A stretch of 63,893 bases of DNA, filler included, from Reticulomyxa filosa (lineage: Eukaryota > Protista > Foraminifera), in the NCBI GenBank assembly GCA_000512085.1. It is 15 parts of 15 records of this genome, joined end to end, with 100 filler letters (N's around TTAATTAATTAA, not from the genome) between each part and the next. Parts side by side here need not be neighbours in the genome. Positions count along the whole stretch, not along the records: positions 51,673 to 52,763 come from ASPP01040262.1; positions 52,864 to 54,691 come from ASPP01020012.1; positions 54,792 to 58,319 come from ASPP01029412.1; positions 58,420 to 60,988 come from ASPP01001604.1; positions 61,089 to 63,893 come from ASPP01007831.1; 10 more parts are not named here. One strand, given 5' to 3'. Shown in pieces: positions 51,673 to 63,893 of this stretch (positions within the stretch are counted from its first letter, which is position 1; each line of letters begins with the position of its first letter). The notes below the pieces were generated by a model that saw only the letters and a list, made by a program, of their open reading frames with translations, did no database searches and was not told where the DNA came from. A program made the translations under genes and the position numbers.

Positions 51673-52763
51673 AGATATGTACATTCTTCTTTCATAAGTG
51701 ACAACAAAGAATCAAGCTAAACCAGGTTATTCCTCTTGATTTTTTTCATCCATTCCAATGTATTTAATTGTATTTAGAGACAAAAAAAAAGAATAGTTCT
51801 CCTTTTAAACTTTAGCTTGTATCACTATTTAATTTAATATTTAAAGCATTGCTCGAATTCGCAGCCGAGCGAATTCAATAGAATTAGTTTCACTATTAAC
51901 ACTACATTTCAAAAAGATTTTGCGATAAGACAAAAGTTTTGTTATCTTTCGTTGGACATAAAAATCAAAAAATAATTAGTGTGCTTGATAGTTCAATCGC
52001 AAACCAGAGTCAGATCAATGCAGTATAACAAAATACCAAAAAAATGTAAAAAAGATATACATAGAAAATATTCTATTACAGTGAATGTGACAGAAATACT
52101 ACGCGTGTGTGAAGCATATATACGATGCATTATTTAATCAAAAACATTAAAAGTATCTCACGCTTCAAAAGCTTTGTTTTGGTTATCAAATATATAAACA
52201 CTACAATCACCATTATTATAATTTTAAGTATTAAATTTTACACCTTGCACACTAGAATGCCACTTGGATCATTGATTTGTTCATTTGTATCTACATCTAT
52301 TTTATGATTAGTATCACATAAAAGGCTTAACGCTAGTTTACAATGTCTTTGAATCTCACTTCAATTTAAAATTATTTTTGACTTTTACAGTCAATAAATA
52401 ATCCCCTTTAATTTGTATTGAATGTCATATTTATTGCAATGAAGAAAAAATCTGATTAACTCTTTCTCTTGTTTTGTTTTGATTGCACTTTTGGTTTATT
52501 TTGATGAGTAACATTTGATTTTTAGTTGCTATTATCTCATTTGTTGGTAATGGCGTATTATTTGACGCCGCCAAAAGTTGTAAGAACGCAAACACTGCTA
52601 CTGTCTGCAGACAAAGGCCTTCGCTATAATACTATTGAGTATATGAGATTTGCAAAATACTTAATTTGTGAGGACATTTTTGTCGTCCTGCCTCAATTTT
52701 AACAGGAGTGAATATCTTTTTATTTGGTAAAAAATTAAATCCTTTCAAGTTTTGTGGTGGCAA

Positions 52764-52863
52764 NNNNNNNNNNNNNNNNNNNNNNNNNNNNNNNNNNNNN
52801 NNNNNNNTTAATTAATTAANNNNNNNNNNNNNNNNNNNNNNNNNNNNNNNNNNNNNNNNNNNN
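52764..52863. other. Artificial contig linker
   Basis: N44-TTAATTAATTAA-N44. Confidence 0.98.
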
Positions 52864-53330
52864 CTATTGGAAATAGTGTTGGCGTTTGTATTGACGTCGG
52901 CTGTGCTGCTGGTATTGGTGCTGCTGTAATGTCAGCTGTAGATCGAAACGTAGGCATGTTTGTAACGTCAATTGTTGGCCTTGGCGTCGGTGCGGTAATT
53001 GGTGATCTAGTTTGGTCGTGTGTTGGTCTTGGAGTCGGCTGTGCAACTGGTGTGTCTGTTCGTCCAGCGGTTGGATGTGATATGGGTCTTGTTGTTGGTG
53101 CTTGGCTTGTTCCAGCTGTAGGCATCGATGTTTGTCCTACAATGGGCGAGTCAGTTTGTGTAGCAATTGGTGATAATGTTGTTCCAATTGTTGGGATTCG
53201 TGTGGATTCAACAGTCGGTGTCAGTGTTGGCTATATAATTGGTCAAATGTCAGTATCATGTTGGTACTTTTGATCAGGTGTTTCTGGGCTAACGTCGGCG
53301 TTTGGTTTAGATCAAAAGTCTGTGTTTATA
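52864..53330 (-). CDS. Mucin-like Pro/Thr-repeat protein fragment (possibly a pseudogene), 3'-truncated
   Basis: Periodic PTxxPT units (APTTRPISHPTAGRTDTPVAQPTPRPT). Confidence 0.5.
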
Positions 53331-54072
53331 TCAGATATAGTGTTGATGTTTGTTTAAGTTTCCTTTGGCAACTAATGACACATTTCTTACCTCATTTTCA
53401 AATTGAAAAAAAAAAATAAAAGAATAGTTTTGGAGAGTGTTGGCTGAAGCCGTAACAACTCCTGGAAAAGATATATGTAAAGTATGTGAACTTTCCATAT
53501 TGCCGAAAAGCGGCCGACTTTTCTTTTTTTTCCAAAAATGGAAAAAAAAAACATATTGAATAAGAGTAAACTTAAAAATAAATTTTAAGTTTACCCATTC
53601 GGGTCAATGTGTGAGTGTTCTGAATTGTATTAGAAAAAAGATATGTATCAGATTAATTAATTGATATTATTTCTGCAGTTATTTACAAATTTGTAAATAT
53701 ATTGAACTTTATGTACACTTTTTATCAAATTTTTTTTGACATAATGGCTTGTTACAGGTATTATAACTGGACATTGTATGTAGTTTCATTTTTGCAAAAG
53801 AAACATAAAAAACTATTGGATTTAAGCATTGATAACGTTTTATCTTTTAAAATTACATTGGTACTTTGTTGAAACTGCGGGTTGGTATGTGCTGAAATGA
53901 AAAGAGGCGAAAGTGATGCCAAGTGAGTACTGTTTCGTGAAGAGATGAAGGCAGAGAACTGTCCTTTTTACAAAAAAAAAAATTAAAAAATAATAATTGG
54001 AGCATATTTGCTCCCTTTGTGCGTCCTTCGCAAACATTATTAAAATAAATTGAACAAAGGACCAAAAAACTG

Positions 54073-54675
54073 ATGGATTCAACCATGTTTGAACCTTCAA
54101 TAAAGTCCTCACCAGGAGAAAATCCGGGTTCTCCTTCACGACACCACGTGAACGCCCCGGCGAACAGTTTGAAAACTGGAAGTAACAACCCAGCGTTATG
54201 TGCATTGGACTATGAAATGCTAGAATGTGATGATATTTTTCAAATCAATTTCTTTGGCAATGAAAACGCGCTGAGGCACAACACGATGCACGACCATCAC
54301 AGCATGAACTTGTCGAATATTGTGGGTCACAGTGCATCGATGTTATGTAATAACGGCAATGGAATTAATGATAGCAATTTATTCATTGATTTCAGCGACA
54401 CAGATAACTATTTGGCATCTCCGTCATTTTTGCATTTGGGCAGCCCTAATTTATTCGCATTCCACCCGAGCAACGACAGTAATAATAGCAATGGCAATGC
54501 GATGAAGCCAAACGTAATCACGAATGCAGGCAGTGGCATGATTATCGACGACAACATAATCTCTCTAGCCAATCCAGAGGATGATATCAATATCGAAACT
54601 TTGTGTGACAACCCTTTTATTTTACCGACATTGAGTCATCAAATGCGATATTTCTCCAGTCCAAATCAGTTTTGA
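54073..54675 (+). CDS. Hypothetical Asn/Ser-rich protein (probably a first exon)
   Basis: 200-codon ATG-initiated ORF with coding-like composition ending just before the contig edge. No domain recognised. Confidence 0.55.
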   Translation: MDSTMFEPSIKSSPGENPGSPSRHHVNAPANSLKTGSNNPALCALDYEMLECDDIFQINFFGNENALRHNTMHDHHSMNLSNIVGHSASMLCNNGNGINDSNLFIDFSDTDNYLASPSFLHLGSPNLFAFHPSNDSNNSNGNAMKPNVITNAGSGMIIDDNIISLANPEDDINIETLCDNPFILPTLSHQMRYFSSPNQF

Positions 54676-54691
54676 ACAATTAATTTTTTTT

Positions 54692-54791
54692 NNNNNNNNN
54701 NNNNNNNNNNNNNNNNNNNNNNNNNNNNNNNNNNNTTAATTAATTAANNNNNNNNNNNNNNNNNNNNNNNNNNNNNNNNNNNNNNNNNNNN
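54692..54791. other. Artificial contig linker
   Basis: N44-TTAATTAATTAA-N44. Confidence 0.98.
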
Positions 54792-55478
54792 TTGTCAGAG
54801 TGTTACATCGCAACTACTGAAGACAATTGAAATGAGTACAAAATTTCAAAAGTCGTTAGCTTTAGTGCGTGCAAGATGTTCGACTTTGTGCAAGGAACAG
54901 AATTTATGGAATCAACTATGTCTGCTATGATATCTAAGTAAATTTAATTGGATGATTTGACTGACCTTTGCAGGAAATTGGGCTTGATAATCCTCTCTAT
55001 CTTTGTATTAGAAATGACGAAGATTTCGAAAAGATTGTTCGTGGCCCCCCTGATTAAACACAACAAAGATATCGAGTATAAAATACCTGTTCTTAGAGAT
55101 TTTTACAAAATGTTAGCATCAAATCGATTACAGAAATGCAAATTTACTAAAAACAGAAAAGTGTACATAGATATCCAAAATATAAAAAATTGTTAAAAGC
55201 AAGGGAAAGGGTAAGATAGGAGAATAACATATTGCTGCTATTCTGATATTTCCTTATATAAAAAGCCATACAATATATTTTTTCTAATATAACGGTAAAC
55301 TATATTTTGAAAGATAAGTTCTTGTTTGTCTTCAATCACTTCGAACGTCGCAAGGGTCATTAATTTTGATATCAAATAAAGTTTATATTTGTTTAACGCT
55401 CATATTCTGTTTTATAGCAGAATATCTTTACTTATTTGTCTGCAGACATCTTTGCAACTGAACTTGCAAGAATAAAAG

Positions 55479-56545
55479 ATGGAAGTGGAAAATATGATCA
55501 CAAATCTGACTGCTACACTAAATAGGCTCAGTGTAATGAAACTCTATTTGGGTTTGTGTAACAAAGCCCATTACAAATTTTTTTAAAAAAACAGATTAAA
55601 CAAGAAGTTGATCTGATTTTAGGATATTGGGTCAGATTTCTATACAATCGAATTCAATGAATTAGCAATTTAAATAAAACAATTGAACAATATATAAAGG
55701 TGAATATACCAATTCGTATTGCATATAAATATATTATTATTATTTTATTTATTTATTTATTCTAAAAAAAATAGGTCAAATATTACAAACAATTGCAAAA
55801 TATCCAAATGTTGAATGGACATAAGCATCGTGTGAATGATCTTCAATTTTCATCAGATGGAAGCACCATTCTGTCATGTTCATTTGATAACACCATTCGA
55901 CTTTGGGATGTGAATTCAGGAAAAGAGCTAAAAAAAATAAATTCGAATGACATGCAAATTGTGTTCCCGAATATTCAGTTTTCATCAGATGAAGCTAGTG
56001 CATGGGATGGAACCATTCGACAAGGGCATATAAAATCGGGACAAGAAATTAGTTGCATACAAACAAATTGTAATTTTGTAAATGGCACTCAATTTTTACG
56101 TGATTGCCAATTCCTTATGTCTTTTTTGCGTAGTGGGAAAATGGAAATATGGAGTGTAAAATCGGGTAAAAAAATTGAACGAATTCGAAGGACACTCAAA
56201 TCAGATCTTACAAGCCGCAATTTTCTCCAGATGGCAAATGCATTTTCTTCATGTTCAATGGATAAAAAACAATTCGAATATAGGATATAACATCGGGAAA
56301 AGAAATTAAAAAATTGGAAGGCCATTCACATTTCGTGGTTGGTGTAAAATATCTTCCAGATTGTCAAACGATTGTATCGTGTTCATATGAGATGACAATT
56401 CGATTATGAGACGTAAATACGGGAACAGAAATGCAAATACTTGAACAACGTTCCGATTGTATAACCGGAATAGATGTTTCGGCAGACGGTCAAATGATAG
56501 TTGCGCGTAGATTTGACGGAACAACTCAATTATGGGAAAAATGAC
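55479..56545 (+). pseudogene. WD40-repeat pseudogene
   Basis: GHKHRVNDLQFSSDGSTILSCSFDNTIRLWDVNSG. Later repeats are eroded, with frameshifts and stops. Confidence 0.85.
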
Positions 56546-57089
56546 ACAGAAATACTTACATCATCCTATTTTTTCATCGCTGTGTACTGTATCTATTCGA
56601 TGATTCTTTAAAAAATTCGCAAAGATATAATTTGTTTTAATTTGACATCCCCTGTTTAAGAAGAAGTATCATGATATAAGCTTAAACTAGCATAATTGTC
56701 TTTCTCTATCTTTTTCAATCCTAAAAATTTAAGATATAATATTCCATAATCTCTTTTATCACCTTTAATCACACGCAATTCCTTCTTATTTGGTCAATAA
56801 CTTTTTTGTTAAATCTCACATAATAGGTTTTTTTCTTTGTGAACTTAAGCAAAATAATTTTTAAGTTGATCTTGCTTTGCCTTTGAAAAAAGGATACAAG
56901 ATAACGAGTATATGTCTCAAAAATATATTATAACAAATAGTCAATTCTAAATATTTTCTTATAGTATTAAAAACATGATGCATTTTTCAAAATATAATTA
57001 TGCCATTGTGATACAATCAATATTGTAAACAAATCGCACACTTTCTTTTACTTTTAAAAAGTCTAAACGACTTTATAGTTCAACAACAT

Positions 57090-57336
57090 TAACAGCATGG
57101 ACGGTTAAACCTTTAAAAATTTGCGGAGTTGCCCACTCCACTTGATGAACCTCAATATGTGCTACACAAACACGAAATCATTATTTGTGGAAGCCATCTT
57201 AGAAGAGTATCATACACTCAAAAATCAATACAAATTTATGTGTGATTACCCAAGTCATGTTGAATTAGTTGGGCACTGTGTAGTGAAACTGGTAGATAAC
57301 AACAACAAAGACAGTAATCAAACCACTCTGTTTTGA
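57090..57336 (+). pseudogene. Kelch-like beta-propeller family fragment
   Basis: CVLHKHEIIICG and YHTLKNQYKFMCDYPSHVELVGHCVVKLVD lie in two frames; truncated. Confidence 0.65.
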
Positions 57337-57962
57337 TCATTGCCATCACAAATGAGAATTAATTTGTTATGTGTTTGATAGTAATAGCAATATTTAAATC
57401 AATTTTTTCTTAATAAAAAGTTTTGAAAAGAATACGTGTATTTACCAAGAATAATTAAAACGGAGTTTTATTCACGCAAATAAAAAAAATTAACATCAAA
57501 GTATTCCACTATGATGTTTTTAATATTCAGTCAGAATTTTAAAAAACAGAGTTCCTTTTATTTAAAATCTACCAAAGAAATAAAAGAAAAGAAAAGTTAC
57601 TCACATTAGATAACAAACTAAGCTTTTATTGATTTAAATATAAGAGAAATGGAAATAATAAGATCATTTTGATAGATTTTATTCTTTGTTTGAACAGCCC
57701 AAAAAGACGTGATACAAGAAGCGAAAGCCACAAAAAAGAAAAATGTTGTTTGCAATCACATCATTTATCTTCTAGATAGCTTCAAAAAATATTGCAATTG
57801 CAATTTAAATAAGAAGGTTTGTTGCATTCCTTTTCATTAAAATGTATATCACATCCCAAATTTTAATATAATTAAATTGGAAAATAACAATCATAGAAAA
57901 TTTTTATCCATGCTTTTCAATACACAAAAGATTGAAGTAACTTCAAAAAAATCAATATATCT

Positions 57963-58319
57963 TCATCCCCAAACACGAATTAAACCATTTTTTGAACCAT
58001 AACATAAATTAATACAACTATCATCATTTGATTTTTGTTCATTATTAGTTTGTTTATTTTTTATTTCTATAAATTTAAGATATATTATTCCTTCATCTAA
58101 TTTCATCACATACAATTCACTCTTATTTGATCGAATATCCCAAAAACGAATTGTTTTATCTATTGATCCAGAACATATCACATTCGAATTACCAGTACTA
58201 TTCTTTATTACAAATGGTGAATATTCAACAGACCACACACGATTTGTATGTCCATTGAACATTTGAATTTGTTGCACAGATCGAATATCCCACAAACGAA
58301 CACTTTTATCATGTGATCC
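57963..58319 (-). CDS. WD40-repeat protein C-terminus, 5'-truncated
   Basis: GHTNRVWSVEYSPF...ICSGSIDKTIRFWDIR...LCYGSKNGLIRVWG*. Confidence 0.9.
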   Translation of the reverse strand, partial: GSHDKSVRLWDIRSVQQIQMFNGHTNRVWSVEYSPFVIKNSTGNSNVICSGSIDKTIRFWDIRSNKSELYVMKLDEGIIYLKFIEIKNKQTNNEQKSNDDSCINLCYGSKNGLIRVWG

Positions 58320-58419
58320 NNNNNNNNNNNNNNNNNNNNNNNNNNNNNNNNNNNNNNNNNNNNTTAATTAATTAANNNNNNNNNNNNNNNNNNNNNNNNN
58401 NNNNNNNNNNNNNNNNNNN
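58320..58419. other. Artificial contig linker
   Basis: N44-TTAATTAATTAA-N44. Confidence 0.98.
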
Positions 58420-59899
58420 AATTCAATTATCACCAGATGGTTTAAATATCTTATCCTATTCATGGGATAAAACGATACGAATTTGGAATTTGCTGTCTGG
58501 AAAACAACTGCAAATTTTAGAAAACTCTTCAAGTTCTGTATCTGCAGCAAGTTTTTCATTTAATGGTTCCAGAATTGTATCTGGTTTGCAAGATGGTACA
58601 ATTCGACTATGGGATGTATCGTCTGGAAAACAAATTCAAGTATTAGAAGGACATGTATTGCCTATATCTGATGTGAAATTTTTTTCAAAGGAATCCAAGA
58701 TTTTGTCATGTTCATATGATGGTACTATTCGAATATGGGATATATCTTTAGAAAGAAAAATTCAGTTAACAGAAGGATATATAGATGTTATAACAGCAGT
58801 CGAATTTTCTCCTGATGGTTCTAAAATTGTATCATGTTCTAAAGACAAAACAATACGATTGTGGGATGTACAATCAGGGAGACAAATTCGAGTATTTGAA
58901 GGTCATTCAGATCGTATAAGTAAAGTATTATTTTCTCCAGACGGTTCTAAAATTGTATCATATTCATCTGATAAAACAATCCGAATATGGGATGTATTAT
59001 CAGGAAAACAACTTCAATTATTGGAAGAACATTCATCTTGGGTGAATAAAGTGCAACTTTCATCTGACGGTTCCAAACTCATATCATATTTACATAATGA
59101 TAACATCCAAATATGGGATATATCATCAGGAAGACAAATTCAATCATTAAATGCTCCTGAAGCACAATTTTTGTCAGATGGATATAGAATTATATTTTGT
59201 TCATTGGATTATACAATGAGATTATGGGATACGCTATCTAATAAGCAAATTCAGATATTTGAAGGAAATTCAGATTCCGTATATATGATACAAATTTCAC
59301 CAGATAATTCCAAATTTGTATCGTGTTCATTGGATAGGAAAATTCGAGTATGGGATATATCATCTGGAAAACAACTTTTTTCATACAAGGTAAGTGAAGA
59401 TGTAACTGAAGTAATATTTTCTCCGGATAGTACCATAATTGCGTCTTGTTCAGATGATAAAACAATTGAATTATGGGATGTATTGACTGGAAAACGAATC
59501 CAAATATTAAATGGGCATTCTGATAGTATATGTGGAATACAATTTTCATTGGATTGTTCTAAAATTATTTCATTTTCAAAAGACAAAACGATTCGAATAT
59601 GGGATACTTCTTCAGGAAAACAAATTCAATTGTTAGAAGGACATAATAATTACATCAATTGCATTCACTTATCTCCTGATGGTTCAAAACTAGTGTCATG
59701 TTCTGACGATAAAACAATTCGATTATGGGGTAGTGATAATGGTAAAATTGTTGATGTAGCTGAGAATAGTGTGGTTGATTATATTTGGAAAGTAGGCACT
59801 CAAAGTGGTTTATCAATGAAAGGAAGTATTTGGAAGGATACAAAGGGTTTGGAAGATGAACAAAAAACGCTTGTGAAACAACGTGGTGGAATACTTTGA
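58420..59899 (+). CDS. Highly repetitive WD40 protein (about 10 repeats), 5'-truncated; probable C-terminal sensor of a NACHT-WD40 protein
   Basis: 42-aa repeats GH...V.FSPDGSKIVSCS.DKTIRLWDV.SG, with the tail GLSMKGSIWKDTKGLEDEQKTLVKQRGG. Confidence 0.92.
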
Positions 59900-60874
59900 T
59901 TTTTTTTTTTGCATGAGCAGAAATCAATTTTAAAAAATCAATAAACAAAATAACGTTGTAGAAGATAATTAAATGCTTGTGATTGACAAAAAATTGTAGA
60001 AAAAATGAAATACATTCAATTTAATTATTATTTTACAAAGTATGTTTGCACATCCCCAAGTATTTCTATCAAAATTTCGTTTGCAACATTGTATAACAAT
60101 ATTTAATGTCTCTGAAATACACAAATATTGTAATAAATGTAACCAATCTTATATTAATACATTACCTTTAGATATTTTCAATTGTTCTTGAATTATCTTA
60201 AGTTGGTTAATAGCACTAAGTGAATATCTGGATGGTAAAAAAGATTTGAAAATTGGGTAAATGCAATTCCATTACTTTATTTAATGAAAAAAAAACAAAT
60301 AAACTAACATAATTGACAAAATTTGTCAAAATCTTTGATCCATCCTAATTTAATGTTTAATGTTCGAATCCAATGATGAATAATGATTTGGATCTCTTCT
60401 TCTTTTGACTGTTTCAATTACATGTAACAACGATAAGTAAAATAAAGAAAAAAAAAAGACAACTTGGACTCAACTTTCATATTAAGTTTAGTTTATTCTT
60501 GTAATTTCCTTTAATTTTTTCTTGAGATGATCTTCGATGATGCAGGATGAAAAAAATGCTTGAACTTTTGTTTTTTAAAAAACTGAACTGAATGTACATT
60601 GTCTTTATTTAATAAAAAATGGAAAATTTTGGAATGAAAGATTATGTTACATTTTGTATAATATTTGGATATCACAACAATGAGTAGCAACAATTCTACA
60701 ATGCGAAGATCTTCAAATTAGAATTGCAATATTGAACGTAGCTTTTTCAATTTTTTTTAAACAACAAAACACATCTTTCAATGGTTGCATTCAATCAAAT
60801 CAAACAAATTTAATATCAACTTACTTTTCTTTTCAAACAAAAACACTTTCATTTCTTATTCGACAAAAAATAAA

Positions 60875-60988
60875 TTATCCCCAAATACGAATGGGACCTT
60901 TTTTTGAACCATAACACAAATTCAAATCATATGTAGCATTATTCGTCTTATCTTTCTTTTTCAATACAATAAATTTAAGACAAAATAT
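60875..60988 (-). CDS. Last exon fragment of another WD40 gene
   Basis: IFCLKFIVLKKKDKTNNATYDLNLCYGSKKGPIRIWG*, paralogous to the 57963 C-terminus. Confidence 0.8.
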   Translation of the reverse strand: MFCLKFIVLKKKDKTNNATYDLNLCYGSKKGPIRIWG

Positions 60989-61088
60989 NNNNNNNNNNNN
61001 NNNNNNNNNNNNNNNNNNNNNNNNNNNNNNNNTTAATTAATTAANNNNNNNNNNNNNNNNNNNNNNNNNNNNNNNNNNNNNNNNNNNN
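60989..61088. other. Artificial contig linker
   Basis: N44-TTAATTAATTAA-N44. Confidence 0.98.
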
Positions 61089-61790
61089 ATAAATTAAATA
61101 ATTATAATAATGAAAATAATATAATTAAAATTGGAAGAAAAAAAGATAATTATTGTAGAATGTGTGCATTATTAATTAATGGAAATAAAAATGATTTATT
61201 ATTTATTACTTATTATCCTAATAATATTAGTATATTTAATTTAAATAAATTTCAATTTATTAAATATGATAAATTACCAATTAATAATTATATTAATTAT
61301 CATTGTTTTATATCAAATGTTATTATTTTGTGAAAATACAGGATTATTAATAGAATATGATGAAGAATTTAATCTTTTTCAATTTCATCAATTATCTGTT
61401 TGTAATAATATTTCATTATTTAAAGAATATTTTTTGGTAAAGATATTTTTTCAAGATCAATATATAAATATATAATACAAAAAGATAAATATATTTTACC
61501 TATTCCATTATATAATTGTATTGGAATAATTAATGAAAATAATACTTATATACATATTATTGGAGGATGTAATTCTAAAAAAGATATATTATCAATTCAA
61601 AATAATTTTATGGAGAGATTCATCAGATTTGGTAAATATATATATATTTTTTTAAATAAATTTTATTTGTAATAAAATAATTAATAGACAAATAATGAAA
61701 TAAAACTCATTATTCAATATTGGATTCGAATTTTAAAGATAAAATTAATATGGATTAATGATATTAATGATATTATTATTGAATATAAAT
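61089..61790 (+). pseudogene. Kelch-like family pseudogene, extremely AT-rich
   Basis: LLFITYYPNNISIFNLNKFQFIK, MLLFCENTGLLIEYDE, YIHIIGG and IIQYWIRILKIKL pieces in shifting frames. Confidence 0.7.
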
Positions 61791-61939
61791 AAAATAACAT
61801 AGATTAATATCAACTAGTTGTTTTTTTTATTTTTTTTAGAAAACGATGTATAACTAGTGATTTACTTAATAAATCTCTTTTTTTTTTTTTTTTTACACTT
61901 TATACGTCTCTTTTGGAAGATATATGTTAATACATGTTT

Positions 61940-62230
61940 TTTGATTACACCAAAACATAAAATATTATGAATCTTCTTTAATTACATACAATTCCTTCTT
62001 ATTTAATCGAATATCCTATATTATTTTTATTTTGGTTCTTGTTGTTATTATTACTTCGTAATGAAGAGCAAATAACATTGCAATAATATGAATAAAATAC
62101 CAATAGAATGATTAAATTTGTTTGTTGCTTTCAACATTTCATAGAACAAATGTTCAATAATTAATATTATATACAATACTAGTATGTCCAGTAAATGTAT
62201 TGAATAATTGATTGTAATAATTTATTATTA
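61940..62230 (-). pseudogene. Highly decayed WD40 fragment
   Basis: LFNTFTGHTSIVY relic, followed by eroded repeat pieces with stops. Confidence 0.45.
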
Positions 62231-62440
62231 AAATTATTTTCTTTTTAATTGTTTAATTTCAGTAAGGAGATTGTCTTGAAAGATGTAATTTATTATTTGT
62301 TATTTTAAGATTATATTATTATTGTTTTCATTCTATATTTGTTATAAGCAGTACATCTATGATATATGTTTTTTTTTTTAAAAAAAAAGTTTATGCTTCT
62401 TTCAAGAGTTAACTCAAGGTCCTTGTAAAAAAAAGTTTAA

Positions 62441-63174
62441 ATGGAACAACTCCAAGACATATTCAACACAATTGAAAAAGAGATTCTTTCAAGAACATGG
62501 AATTTGTGTGAAGGAAATTTTGATGAGGTAATCATGATCCTAAGTTTCATCATAGAAAACAAGTTAAAATGAATATCTTTTTTCTAAAACTTATATCAAT
62601 AATATATATGTACATATATACATATATACATATATATATTCATTATAGTACAAATTTTCAACAACAACTATATCTAATAAACTTATTAGCACAATTTAAT
62701 AATAAAATTGATAAAACAACTATTTTGAAAACATGGAAACAATGTAATCAAATTTATGTAGATACAAATTCAAAATTAATGGAAATCTCTTTTTATAACT
62801 ATAAGTTAAAAATATATTAATATATTAATATATTAAATCATTTGAGAAATTTAATTTATGTACTATATAGAACTGAAGAGAATGAATTAAAAATAATGAG
62901 GGAAATATGTTTATATATATTATGGAATATTTTATCTTATCCTACAAATATTAAATATCGTCAAATTAATACTAATTCACTATATCAACTTTTAAAACAT
63001 AAATGTGAAAAATCAAATGTAAATTTAGATCAATTATTTATAAATATGGAATATTTTTTAAAAGTATGTAAATTTCAAAAAAGAAATGATTGTAATTGGT
63101 ATTGTAATGATGATATTCAATTATCAGTATTATTAGGATGTTATTTCACATGGATTAATCAACAACCTATGTAT

Positions 63175-63206
<32 letters not shown>

Positions 63207-63893
63207 CATATATTTACAAATAATAAATAAATACATATATTATTAAATATATATAGTTATAAAACAAGAAGACATATTCCAGAAACAATATATATGTTAT
63301 CAAATGGAAAATGGAAAGAATATCTTATTTTATTTGATTATGAATATCGAAGAATTATATTATTAAATAAAAAATCAATTAAATTTAAAAAAATAAAAAT
63401 AAAAACATTACAAGTTGGAAATCCAAAAAAATTATCATTAGAATTAAATGTTCATATTCAATGGTATAATGATTATTCTGAAATTGAGACAAATTGTATT
63501 AAATATAGTAATCTAATTCTTAATCATTCTTGGCATTTTCGTACAATAAACTTTATTGAAAGAGAATTTTTATCAAATTGTTGTTCAGTTAATGCTTTAT
63601 ATATATATATATTTCATTAAATCAATTTCTATTTGTAGATATTTTTTAATTTTTATTTATTAATAGGAATTTAATTCATTTCAAGTTATTCTAAAAGAAA
63701 CTAGAAATAAAGAACCATTAAATCCTTATTTAATTACTTTAAAACAAGGATTTAAAAATTTTAAAAATAAGTTACAACTTAGAAAACAATATATGGGTGA
63801 AGGAGATGAATCAATAATATTTAAATGTGAGAATAATAAATGCGAACCACCAATTCCATTTAATATCAATGAAGATATATTATTGAATGATAT
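62441..63893 (+). CDS. Multi-exon protein with CUE/UBA-like helices and a PUB-like domain, 3'-truncated
   Basis: LQDIFNTIEKEILSRTWNLCEGNFDEV (CUE-like); ICLYILWNILSYPTNIKYRQIN...FL..CKF (PUB pattern l..NI...P...KYR.I.). Short AT-rich introns. Confidence 0.65.

Overview
AT-rich, intron-containing eukaryotic DNA. It consists of 15 unrelated contigs joined by 14 artificial 100-bp linkers (44 N + TTAATTAATTAA + 44 N), so adjacency across a linker has no biological meaning. The gene families (expanded WD40, Kelch-like, NACHT and PUB families, many pseudogenes, short poly-A/T-rich GT-AG introns) look like a foraminiferan, probably Reticulomyxa filosa (inference from family resemblance). Recognisable genes are: a galactose-3-O-sulfotransferase-like protein, a BRCA1/BARD1-type RING protein, a Zn-finger+SAM protein, GPR89, a Dabb protein, a Tudor-chromo-SAM protein, a 7TM protein, a GYF_2-WH2 actin regulator, a RING-H2 ligase, a GPR180/TMEM145-family protein, an M20 peptidase, MYBBP1A/Pol5, a SCYL1 pseudogene, CHMP7, and several WD40/Kelch/PUB genes and relics. 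Two structures are not explained by the gene calls. First, contig 38796-51572 is almost entirely one diverged inverted duplication, with ~5-kb arms around a NACHT pseudogene. Second, a non-coding element with a paired double-hairpin (GAAA tetraloop, covarying stems) occurs at three loci and is far better conserved than the decayed genes around it. All alignments and motif calls were made by eye.
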